From Firmicutes bacterium ADurb.Bin182 (lineage in GTDB: Bacteria; Bacillota; Clostridia; Christensenellales; CAG-138): 64,000 bases of DNA. Position numbers and translations under genes: made by a program. A model generated the notes under the pieces. The model did not search any database, had not been told where the DNA came from, and was given only the letters and a program-made list of their open reading frames with translations. The DNA lies in the NCBI GenBank assembly GCA_002070205.1, contig MWCU01000023.1, forward strand, positions 6,671 through 70,670, read 5' to 3'. Below, piece by piece: positions 18,798-26,950 of the stretch (positions are counted from its first letter, which is position 1; each line of letters opens with the position of its first letter).

Positions 18798-19394
18798 TTA
18801 TTCTACGGGTGCCCATTTACCGTCAGATTTCCTTGTCCAGTCCTTGGCAACATGGAGCTTAACGGGCGTGATTAACGAACCGTAGATATTGCCGAAATCG
18901 TCAACCGGCGTATAAATTATTGTGGCGTCATAATCGCCTGCCTTTAAACCTCTTACCATGTCAACAATTGTCAACATTCGCCCCGGTTTGATGACACTCG
19001 ATTTATAGAGAAGTTCAATGCTTTCATCAGCATTCTCAACTGCTTCTGCATTTCCCAAGTACAGCGTAGCTATCAAACCCTTATCATTTGCGGGGTCGTT
19101 CCACACGGCGAGTTCCTGAGCCGTTGTGTCTGACTTAAAGTAGAGCTGCGAAAAGCAGTTGTGAATGAAGTAACCTTGTTCAACCGTCTTACAATCATAA
19201 TTCTGAAACTCTTTCAAAAACACCGCATCGATTTCCACCGCGTTGGGGTCTTCGAGAAAGGCTTTCACCGTTGTGGACGGTATTGGTTTCTGACCTGAGA
19301 GGAATACTATTATTGCGACTACGAGAAACAAGAGTGCCACTACAAGGATTATGAGTTTTCTCTTATGCTGTTGTAGTATTACCGTGAAGTTCAT
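18798..19394 (-). CDS. Hypothetical membrane-anchored extracytoplasmic protein
   Basis: Single N-terminal TM (LIILVVALLFLVVAIIVFL) followed by a soluble domain of about 160 aa. No recognisable motif. Confidence 0.45.
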   Translation of the reverse strand: MNFTVILQQHKRKLIILVVALLFLVVAIIVFLSGQKPIPSTTVKAFLEDPNAVEIDAVFLKEFQNYDCKTVEQGYFIHNCFSQLYFKSDTTAQELAVWNDPANDKGLIATLYLGNAEAVENADESIELLYKSSVIKPGRMLTIVDMVRGLKAGDYDATIIYTPVDDFGNIYGSLITPVKLHVAKDWTRKSDGKWAPVE

Positions 19395-19815
19395 AATATA
19401 GTTTGGTCGCCATCCTTATAATTCATGCCGTCCATAGCTTATTGCCAAGCCAGTCATCGCGTTACCGCACCTCGAATATGTCAGCCTCACTCTGCCGCAC
19501 TTATTGTGCTTGTATATGTTTGTCGGTAATAAGTTTGTAACGTCTTGCCCGTATTCGATTTATTGTATAATAATGCGCATAAATCGCCCGTTTTACGCTG
19601 ATTTCTGCATATTCTTACCGAGATTACCCGTGCTATTCTTCACCCCCCATTGAATCTATCTCTATAAACACCCTGATGTAAATAAGATAATTACATAACG
19701 GCAATCGATTTCTGTTAGGAACTTATCCAAATAAAATTCTCATCGGTATGTTCTTTCTATTTGTGTAGTAATCACACCAAATTGATAAGCTAAAAGAACC
19801 TTATATCAGCCGTTT

Positions 19816-20049
19816 TTATGCCGTTTTCGCCCTATAATGCCCTGTATAAAACTTGTCATCATGTAAGAAAGTTTTATGTATTCCGACGCGTTTCTGCTTA
19901 AATAAAACTGGACCCGGCGAATCTAACTTTATTGCCACTGCTATTAGAAGCAGTAGGGGAGATAGCACTATTAACGAACATCCCGAAATTAATATATCAA
20001 TTACTCTCTTAAAAAACTTACTGTACATTGATTTTAGTGCCTCTCTCAA
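19816..20049 (-). pseudogene. Truncated remnant (77 codons) of a bacterial sugar transferase / priming phosphoglycosyltransferase
   Basis: FKRVIDILISGCSLIVLSPLLLLIAVAIKLDSPGPVLFKQKRVGIHKTF is the N-terminal PF02397 signature. It degenerates at the K-F-R-T-M position (KFYTGHYRAKTA) and stops. The expected catalytic domain of about 120 aa is missing, and about 420 bp of non-coding DNA follows. Confidence 0.6.
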
Positions 20050-20161
20050 ATCTGTTTACCAAAAATAGGCTTACCCAAATTTCGTTTTACATATACTTCT
20101 GATGCCGACAATATCTAGAATTACCGTGTAGATGGGCATCCCATCTGTAGAAGGTATTCAT

Positions 20162-20713
20162 CTATGCCCACTCCGTCAACTCCCCGTCCTTAAGTTCCAT
20201 CCATTTAAAGGACAACCATACATCCTTGCGTGTCTCTCCGATGGCAATCCGTACAAGCGCGCTTCTTCGCTGCCGGTTGATTTTTATGATCTCGCCTTCA
20301 TAATCCAACAACGGGCCGTCGATGATGGTCGTTTTATCTCCCACGAGCATAGCGCGCGAAAGCTTGATGTGTCCATCATGCTTATAGACCCAGTTCGCAA
20401 AATCAAGGTCTTCGCCAAGCAGGGAGTAGGACTTGTCATGCTGCTGTGCATCCCCGGTGTCCGAATAGCCGAGCACTTTGTTGACGCGCTTTGAGCGGCA
20501 AATCAAATCGGGGGCAAGCACTGTATCAGAGTATAAGAAAAGATAGCCGGGAATCAGCGGGTGCGTTTTTACCGTCCATTTCCCATCTTTGTGTTCCTCG
20601 CGGTCAAACACAGGGTAGAGGATCGTCGCCTCGGGCAGCCGTCCGGATAATTCGCGCTTTAAAACCGCTTCGCTTCCTGCGTTGCAGGCAATGCAATAGG
20701 TGAAATTCGGCAT
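20162..20713 (-). CDS. Specialised NusG paralog (LoaP/UpxY-like transcription antiterminator)
   Basis: My preferred start is the ATG at 20713, preceded by GGGGGAAACTGT. It has an NGN-like N-terminus (FTYCIACNAGSEAVLKRELSG...ILYPVF...IPGYLFL) and a KOW-like C-terminus (GDKTTIIDGPLLDYEGEIIKINRQRRSALVRI). It sits at the head of a glycan locus, as UpxY and LoaP genes do. Confidence 0.65.
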   Translation of the reverse strand: MPNFTYCIACNAGSEAVLKRELSGRLPEATILYPVFDREEHKDGKWTVKTHPLIPGYLFLYSDTVLAPDLICRSKRVNKVLGYSDTGDAQQHDKSYSLLGEDLDFANWVYKHDGHIKLSRAMLVGDKTTIIDGPLLDYEGEIIKINRQRRSALVRIAIGETRKDVWLSFKWMELKDGELTEWA

Positions 20714-20860
20714 ACAGTTTCCCCCACCCATACGCGATGTATGGTTGTTGATCATTGTGTACATCGCAAGCGCCCCGTGCACTGACTGTGTCGCCGTGCC
20801 TTTACGATGATTGCGGGTATATCCTCAAGCGCTTTTAGTAAAGCGCATTAGGGCAATTCT

Positions 20861-22000
20861 TTAAGCCGGTTGCACGTCTACAACAACGCCGCTCGCAATC
20901 CGCGAAAAAGGTTTGATCACCGAATGCTTTTTCACCGTTGCGGAGCAGTTGATGTGGCAGTCTTCTTGAACGACAACATTGACGTCGATCAGCGCACCCG
21001 AACTTACGATGCAGCCCTTACCGATACGCGCATTAGCGCTGATGATGGCTTTTGCCTCCACGATGGTGCCTGCGTCGACGGAGGCGCTCGGGCTCACCGT
21101 CGCCATGGGGTGAATAAGCGTCGGCAGGATAAAACCCGCTTTTTCAAGCCGCTCAATCCACATAGCTCGAAGTTCGCAATTCCCAAAAGACGGAAGCGCG
21201 ATAGGGTAGAGCTCCACATATCGTTTATAGTTCTCGCAAGTATCGATAGCGGATTTGATGTCCGTATTGTCGTCCAGAAATGCAATTTTATGGAACACGC
21301 CCAGCGCCTCGGCGGTTTCCTTGACCACTTGCCCTTGGCTTCCCGCGCCAAGGATGAGCAAATTCATCCGTTTGCCCGAATCGGGGTTAGGCACGAGCAG
21401 CGGCTCGTAATCTAGGCTGTATTTTTCGAGCTTGTCGATTCTTTGGATATATGCCTCAAGATATTGGCCAAATTTGCGCTGCATCTCACTGAGCTGCTTC
21501 ACGCCTACAAACTCGCTGATGGTATAAAGGTCGAGCCCGCACGCAAGGCAGCGGCGAATGAAGGCTTCTCTAAGCATGCCGGTTGAAATCTTATCGACGA
21601 GTTGATATTTCGTGTTGATTGAAGCCAGCTGGTTTTGGAGCATATGCGCCTTGGGCGCGTCCTGCTCGCCGCTGATGATATAGCAGTGCTTATTTGGGTA
21701 AAGATGCGTGTTTTTTTGAAGCAAACGATACACATGCGGCGGAATCGGAATCGTCCGCGCTGCGTCGGAGGAAATGATTTTATATTGCCGACCGGCTTGT
21801 CCGTTGGTGCCAAGCGTACGCGCAAGCGCATTCCTGATTGTCAGCGTTTTAGCCTTAAAGTCGATGTCCTTAATCTTAACGGCGGATGCCTCCGCCACGC
21901 TTAACCCCATATGCAGGCAAAGGTATGCGGCAAGCTTTCTGGGTTCGATGTCTTCCGTCAAGGCTTTTTCCAGCACCATGCATTGGCTTTCAGACAGCAT
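20861..22000 (-). CDS. Fusion protein: degenerate tyrosine-recombinase-like domain (aa 1 to about 200) plus NeuD/PglD/EpsM-type sugar N/O-acetyltransferase (aa about 208-379)
   Basis: The N-terminal half follows integrase catalytic-domain topology (LCLHMGLSVAEASAVKIKDIDFKAKTLTI ... TIPIPPHVYRLL ... MLREAFIRRCLACGLDLYTISEFVGVKQL...F). The Arg-I, His and Tyr positions are substituted. The C-terminal half has LLILGAGSQGQVVKETAEALG (NeuD Rossmann-like) followed by hexapeptide repeats. Confidence 0.6.
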   Translation of the reverse strand: MLSESQCMVLEKALTEDIEPRKLAAYLCLHMGLSVAEASAVKIKDIDFKAKTLTIRNALARTLGTNGQAGRQYKIISSDAARTIPIPPHVYRLLQKNTHLYPNKHCYIISGEQDAPKAHMLQNQLASINTKYQLVDKISTGMLREAFIRRCLACGLDLYTISEFVGVKQLSEMQRKFGQYLEAYIQRIDKLEKYSLDYEPLLVPNPDSGKRMNLLILGAGSQGQVVKETAEALGVFHKIAFLDDNTDIKSAIDTCENYKRYVELYPIALPSFGNCELRAMWIERLEKAGFILPTLIHPMATVSPSASVDAGTIVEAKAIISANARIGKGCIVSSGALIDVNVVVQEDCHINCSATVKKHSVIKPFSRIASGVVVDVQPA

Positions 22001-22359
22001 CTTGCCTCCCCCTTTCCCTGAGCGTTAGCCTCGCACACGAACGCTGCACGAGCCGTAAATCATAAAGATGCGGATTTTTTACAGATCGCCATCCACATCT
22101 ATTCCGGGCGTAACACAGCAAAAAACCCGCATGTATTGCGCCAAATTTATTATATTGTACAGCATAGCATGAGCTTCCAGAAATGTCCACCATATTATTC
22201 ATGCGAAAGCTGATTTTAATAGAATTACACAACACGTCTACTGTGCTGAATCATTCTGGCCCTGCTCTTTAAAGGAAAGCAAGGGCAACTACGATTTGCT
22301 GTGGCTTCGCGCTTATTGATTGAATATAATCTTTTGCATGCTTCGTGATTTTCCACTGT

Positions 22360-23568
22360 TTAGCGTGTTCTTTCTAATACAACTCTCTGCTCAAATTCCT
22401 CCACCGACAAGCTGCCCGCGTCTACCTCTTTAAGCAATCCCTTGGCGTTGTCCATCCACGCGTAATATTCCTCATGCGGGTAAACCTGCGGCGCACGCTC
22501 ACAGCGCATATGATAGGTGTTGCGCAGCCTGCTGTACAGCTTCCTTGCAGCATCGGCATTGCGTTTGTTGAAGTATTTTTCCGTTGGCGCGACTTCCTTG
22601 CAGGTTTTCCCCTCTGAGTTTTCCACAACGCGGTCACAATAGAGCGATGCAGAGGAAAACGGCAAGAAATAGCGGCCGCAATACTCGCATTTGCGCACGG
22701 CAAGCTCGTTCATGCACATGTGCCTGAATTCGGCAAAAACCAAAGCCCGCACATCCTCGCTCGTGTAAAACATATGCGCAAAGAACGTACAGCGTTTTAG
22801 CTCGGCAATAAACTCTGGCGTGATTTTCTCCTCGGGATATTTGAATTCGCCCTCGCGCAGGATACGCTGTTCTGCGCCCAACAACTTATTCTTGACGATA
22901 AGCCTTTCTGTTCGGACAAGCGCTTCAAAGCAGCTAACTTGCATCAAATAAAAGCGCTGTGGCGGCTTCATGTCGGCGAATTCGCTGTCTTTATCCAGCG
23001 AGAACGCCATCATCTCGAGCATGTCGGCTTTGAAAGCGAGCATGTTTTCCATGAGCTCAATAAGATGAACGGAAAAAGCATTCGTAGCTTCTACCAACGA
23101 CCAATCTTTCACGGGCGAACTGAACGCGTCCCCGCTTGATTCGGCAAAGAGCTCCATTCGCTCAACCGATTCCGGCGTACTGGGATAATTGCGAAATAAA
23201 TCAAAAGTGACGTCATGCACCAAATCGTAGTTTTCGGGCAAAACAGAATAGACCGCATCGCATAGCTTCTCGTCAATAATCTGCCCAAGGAAAGGGTGCA
23301 AAGCGTTTAGATTCTTCATAAGAAGCTTATAATACGTCGCCGCAATCATATAGGAGCGGCTTTCGTCGTGCACATTAAAATATGTTTCTCTGTCAATATT
23401 CTCGATATAGCATTTCCGATTCAGATCATTGGCCTCATCATGAAGCTTCATCCAATCAACATCAAGAAAGGCAAATAGCAAACTCCCGATGCCGTATTCT
23501 TCAACCTGTCCGCCGCTCACGATATATTCGTTCTTCCCGCTGAAGCTTAGATATTTCGTCTGATCCAT
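22360..23568 (-). CDS. Hypothetical protein with a C-terminal Cys-rich (zinc-binding-like) region; mobile-element cargo or maintenance gene
   Basis: 402 aa in coding-like composition. Contains VRKCEYCGRYFLPFSSASLYCDRVVENSEGKTCKE (C-x2-C ... C ... C). No enzymatic motif recognised. Confidence 0.5.
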   Translation of the reverse strand: MDQTKYLSFSGKNEYIVSGGQVEEYGIGSLLFAFLDVDWMKLHDEANDLNRKCYIENIDRETYFNVHDESRSYMIAATYYKLLMKNLNALHPFLGQIIDEKLCDAVYSVLPENYDLVHDVTFDLFRNYPSTPESVERMELFAESSGDAFSSPVKDWSLVEATNAFSVHLIELMENMLAFKADMLEMMAFSLDKDSEFADMKPPQRFYLMQVSCFEALVRTERLIVKNKLLGAEQRILREGEFKYPEEKITPEFIAELKRCTFFAHMFYTSEDVRALVFAEFRHMCMNELAVRKCEYCGRYFLPFSSASLYCDRVVENSEGKTCKEVAPTEKYFNKRNADAARKLYSRLRNTYHMRCERAPQVYPHEEYYAWMDNAKGLLKEVDAGSLSVEEFEQRVVLERTR

Positions 23569-23924
23569 ACGCTGCTCCGTGTTTTATCAATTTTTGCCTA
23601 ACGTGTGTGGTTTTGTGTGCGTATTTGTGTTTTATGTATTTATGTGATTAATACTTTAACACATATTGACCGTTACTTCAAGTTGTTTTATTCTAATGTA
23701 GTGTTCTATCATCCACGTAACAGGACAAAAGAACACGACAATTAAATACAAGCGCTACGGCAACAGATCATGAAACTTCCGTCCAGTCACAGTCCGAGTG
23801 GTAACCAATCCATCGCAGGCAATGAGGGCGGCCCGCACAGAGTGGGGGAGGTGAAAATCCTATGGGCGGCAGCCGTCGTAGCGCGAGCAAAAACAAAACG
23901 AGAAACAAAGAAAGGAATGTTCAA

Positions 23925-24128
23925 ATGAAAGACTATACGAATTTTGATTCCCTGCCCATCACCCTCAGCGTGAGCGATGTGGCAAACGTGCTCGGCATCT
24001 CCCGCGTGGGTGCGTACAACCTTTGTCATTCTAAAGGCTTCCCGTCCATGCGGATCGGCAAGCGGATACTGATTCCCAAAGACCGTTTCATCCAATGGCT
24101 CGAAGCGCAGTCCGCTGAATTGGCATGA
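23925..24128 (+). CDS. Excisionase / MerR-superfamily helix-turn-helix DNA-binding protein
   Basis: LSVSDVANVLGISRVGAYNLCHSKGFPSMRIGKRILIPKDRFIQWLE is the classic HTH_17/Xis-type pattern. I chose the start at the ATG after AAAGGAA; the ORF-track start is 23862. Confidence 0.65.
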   Translation: MKDYTNFDSLPITLSVSDVANVLGISRVGAYNLCHSKGFPSMRIGKRILIPKDRFIQWLEAQSAELA

Positions 24129-24220
24129 AGTCAGCCAATTTGGTTTTGTGCATTTACAGGCTCCGTAGCCGGTGAAACGATTGCACAGGCTCAAAACTGG
24201 GGTTAAGAGAGGGGGAATAT

Positions 24221-25108
24221 ATGACGCACATCAAACTCGGTATCGATAACGGCAACTACAACACCAAATCTTCGGAGCGAATGCTCTACGCGTCGGGCTT
24301 CACGCAGAGCGAAAAAAGCTTTATCACAAACGACATGCAACTTTTCTTCGAAGGAACCTATTATGCCCTCGGCGGCAAAAGGATGAGCTTTCAGCAGAAC
24401 AAGACAAAAGAGCCGGACACCTTCATCCTGTCGCTGCCCGCCGTCGCCCATGCCATGCGCCTGACAAGCGTACAGGAAGCGGATATCACATTGGGCGTCG
24501 GGCTTCCGATTGACATCTATGGCACACAGAAAAACATGTTCCGTGATTACTTTCTGCGCGGCGAGGTCGCCTTTGAATATGAAGACATATCCTACCGCTG
24601 CCGAATCGCGGATTGTAAGGTATTCGCGCAAGGCCACGCGGCGCTTTGCAAGCATTATGGCTCTCTGCGGCAATACACGACCATCACGCTCGTGGACATC
24701 GGCGGGTACACGGTGGACATTCTTAGCTTGCGGGACTTCAAGGCCGATCGCGGAAGCTGCGTGAGCCTTCGCATGGGCACAATCACGCTGTTTAACGCCA
24801 TTCGTGGCGAGCTTCAGCAGGCGAACATCATCCTGACCGACGAACTGATTGCCGACGCCATACGTGGGCGCATCCAGCATGCCGATAAGGAGCGGATCAT
24901 ATCGGTTGCGGAGCGGCATGTGCAGCACTACTTCCGCGAACTGCTCAACGCGCTAAGAGAGCGTGGCCTCGATTTGAAGCTGCCCACCGTTTTTGCGGGC
25001 GGCGGCGCGGAACTGCTGGGCGACCGGCTCATCACGCCGGAGGTCGCGACGGTCGATGTTCTTGACCGCTTCGCAAACGCCGAGGGCTATAAGATGCTGC
25101 TCGGGTGA
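24221..25108 (+). CDS. ParM/StbA-family actin-like segregation ATPase
   Basis: The actin-fold phosphate and adenosine motifs appear in order: LGIDNGNYNTK, LVDIGGYTVDI, VFAGGGAELL. A strong RBS (GAGAGGGGGAATAT) precedes the ATG. Confidence 0.7.
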   Translation: MTHIKLGIDNGNYNTKSSERMLYASGFTQSEKSFITNDMQLFFEGTYYALGGKRMSFQQNKTKEPDTFILSLPAVAHAMRLTSVQEADITLGVGLPIDIYGTQKNMFRDYFLRGEVAFEYEDISYRCRIADCKVFAQGHAALCKHYGSLRQYTTITLVDIGGYTVDILSLRDFKADRGSCVSLRMGTITLFNAIRGELQQANIILTDELIADAIRGRIQHADKERIISVAERHVQHYFRELLNALRERGLDLKLPTVFAGGGAELLGDRLITPEVATVDVLDRFANAEGYKMLLG

Positions 25109-25395
25109 ACGCCATGCGGGAAAGGCGTTACCTCACATTCGACATGAACGATCCGCGCCACAGGCAGGCGCTTGCTCTTCTTTCGGCCCGGTCTTCAAAG
25201 CAGCGAAGCGAATACATCATATCCTGCATTCTAAAGGCGGAACAGGAAGTTGAGCTGAAAGAAGTAGTACACGCGGCGGTGCTCGATGCGCTGAAAGGCG
25301 TTTCGCTGACGGAACGAACAGAGCGGCAGAAAGATACAGTTGAAAGTGTCACCGAGTTGCCCGGCGCGTTGCTGTCCATGCTGGACGAAATTTAA
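25105..25395 (+). CDS. Small putative DNA-binding protein (possible ParR-like adaptor, ribbon-helix-helix-like N-terminus)
   Basis: Its start overlaps the parM-like stop (GTGA). RRYLTFDMNDPRHRQALALLSARSSKQRSEYIISCIL has a beta-strand-helix-helix pattern. The functional call rests mainly on position. Confidence 0.35.
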   Translation: MNAMRERRYLTFDMNDPRHRQALALLSARSSKQRSEYIISCILKAEQEVELKEVVHAAVLDALKGVSLTERTERQKDTVESVTELPGALLSMLDEI

Positions 25396-25613
25396 ACCAT
25401 GATGGTTCAGTAAAACGGCGGTAGCACGGGGAAATGCACCATGACGGTGCATTTGATTCGTTTGCCGTACGGCAAACGTTCCGCTGTGCGGACTTGTCCG
25501 CACACGCAGCTGCGGGCGCACCCGGGCCTGCAGCTGCGAAGCCTCGCAGAGCCCACATGACACTTTGCAGCTTGCTGAAAGTGTCATAGTGGGTCATACG
25601 CTTTCGCAAAGCG
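25395..25613 (+). promoter_or_regulatory. oriT-like region: seven inverted repeats or palindromes packed into about 220 bp directly upstream of the relaxase gene
   Basis: AACCAT-G-ATGGTT 25395-25407. AAATGCACC/GGTGCATTT 25432-25454. GTTTGCCGTACGGCAAAC 25460-25477. GTGCGGAC-TT-GTCCGCAC 25486-25503. GCAGCTGC twice, at 25507 and 25530. ATGACACTTT/AAAGTGTCAT 25557-25587. CGCTTT-CGC-AAAGCG 25599-25613. Confidence 0.4.
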
Positions 25614-25780
25614 GATGAAACGCGCCCCCCGGGTTATTTCGAAAGGAAGGTGGTCATATAGCAAGAAACGACGGCGTAGACCGCACCGTTGTACGAAACA
25701 CCGCTTACCGGAAAGCCGCGGTCGGCATTCGTGAACGGCACAACGAGCGCAAAAACGAAAGCTACGCCAATCCGGATGTT

Positions 25781-26890
25781 ATGCCGGAGCGGAGCCATCT
25801 CAACGTTCATTTCAAGCAATGCGGCACCACCTATGCGCAAGCCTTTGACAGCCTGGTGGAAGAAGGAACGATCTCCACGCGCGGCTTGAAGCCGGACGCA
25901 AAGGTAATCGACGAAATGATATTCGATGTGAACACGGCTTATTTTGACCGCCACGGCGGGTACGAATATGCAAGGGAATTTTTTCAACACGCCTATGAAA
26001 TGGCGGTGGAAGAAGCGGGCTCAGAGCAGTACATCCTCTCGGCGGTCATGCACGCGGATGAGCGAAACCGCAGCCTGTCGGATAGCCTCCGGCGCGATGT
26101 GTTCCACTATCACCTCCATGTCGTTTACATTCCCGTTGTGGAAAAGGAAATCAAATGGTCAAAGCGCTGCAAGGATGTGGCGCTTGTAGGCACGGTCAGG
26201 GAGGTTATCCGGCAGGTCAGCCACAGCAAAAAGTGGAAGTCCGAACGCATCACGGACGAACACGGCAATGCTCGACTGATCCCGTCTTACAGCCTTTTGC
26301 AGGACCGCTTCTTCGAGCATATGAAAAATGCCGGATACAGCAATATTGAGCGCGGCGAAAAGCACAGCGCGGAAGTGAATCTCACGGTTGCGGCGTTTAA
26401 GGCGAGGCAAGAACAAGCGAGAGCGCAGGACCTTGAACGCAGCAATAGCCTCGCTGAGAGGGAGCTGAAAAAGCTCAAAACGGAACTTAGCGCGACTATA
26501 AAAACATCGAGCACCATCCGAGAAATTGAAAGCATGGGGAGCAAAACGCTGTTTGGGAAGGTCGAGCTGTCTCCGAAAGAGCATAGCGCCCTCACCGCGC
26601 TTGCAAAGGAGGGCTTGACGTCCCGCGTTAAGATCTCCGGCTTAGAGCGTCAGCTTAATGAGCTCAACCGGCGCTTTTGCCAGCTCAAGGACAGCTATCA
26701 TGAGCTCTATGCCAATACGCGGGAATATTTCCGGGCGGTAAAGCTTGCCCCGCAGGCGGTCAGAGACTTTTTCACGCAGCTGTTCGCCCGCGAGGCACAA
26801 GAGCGCGAAGCAAAAAAACAGGCGCAGCGCGGCAAAACAATCGAACGCAGAAAAAACAGAACAGGAGCATCTCATGAAGAAATATTGTGA
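25781..26890 (+). CDS. MobV-family (Mob_Pre) relaxase; the first canonical start lies downstream of the conserved N-terminal motif (see findings)
   Basis: PERSHLN, HADE...FHYHLHVVYIP (H-x-D-E ... H-x-H metal motif) and a coiled-coil C-terminus. An in-frame upstream extension encodes ...VVRNTAYRKAAVGIRERHNER. Confidence 0.7.
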   Translation: MPERSHLNVHFKQCGTTYAQAFDSLVEEGTISTRGLKPDAKVIDEMIFDVNTAYFDRHGGYEYAREFFQHAYEMAVEEAGSEQYILSAVMHADERNRSLSDSLRRDVFHYHLHVVYIPVVEKEIKWSKRCKDVALVGTVREVIRQVSHSKKWKSERITDEHGNARLIPSYSLLQDRFFEHMKNAGYSNIERGEKHSAEVNLTVAAFKARQEQARAQDLERSNSLAERELKKLKTELSATIKTSSTIREIESMGSKTLFGKVELSPKEHSALTALAKEGLTSRVKISGLERQLNELNRRFCQLKDSYHELYANTREYFRAVKLAPQAVRDFFTQLFAREAQEREAKKQAQRGKTIERRKNRTGASHEEIL

Positions 26891-26950
26891 GCAGAGAAAC
26901 AAAAATGGGCTGCCGAACGGCGAAGCCTGTTCTTGCTGGAGGGCGCGCCA

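Noticed and set aside
20162-20782. The longer 206-aa version of the NusG-like ORF, starting at 20782
   Set aside because: The first 23 codons have no RBS and no similarity to NGN domains. The internal ATG at 20713 is preceded by GGGGGAAACTGT and begins exactly at the NGN-like beta-strand, so the shorter model is preferred.
22343-22362. An inverted AAACAGT-like match (ACTGTTTAG) near the left side of the element, as a second arm-type site
   Set aside because: Only a 7-nt core matches, and it overlaps the stop codon of the 22360..23568 gene. It is too short to distinguish from chance.
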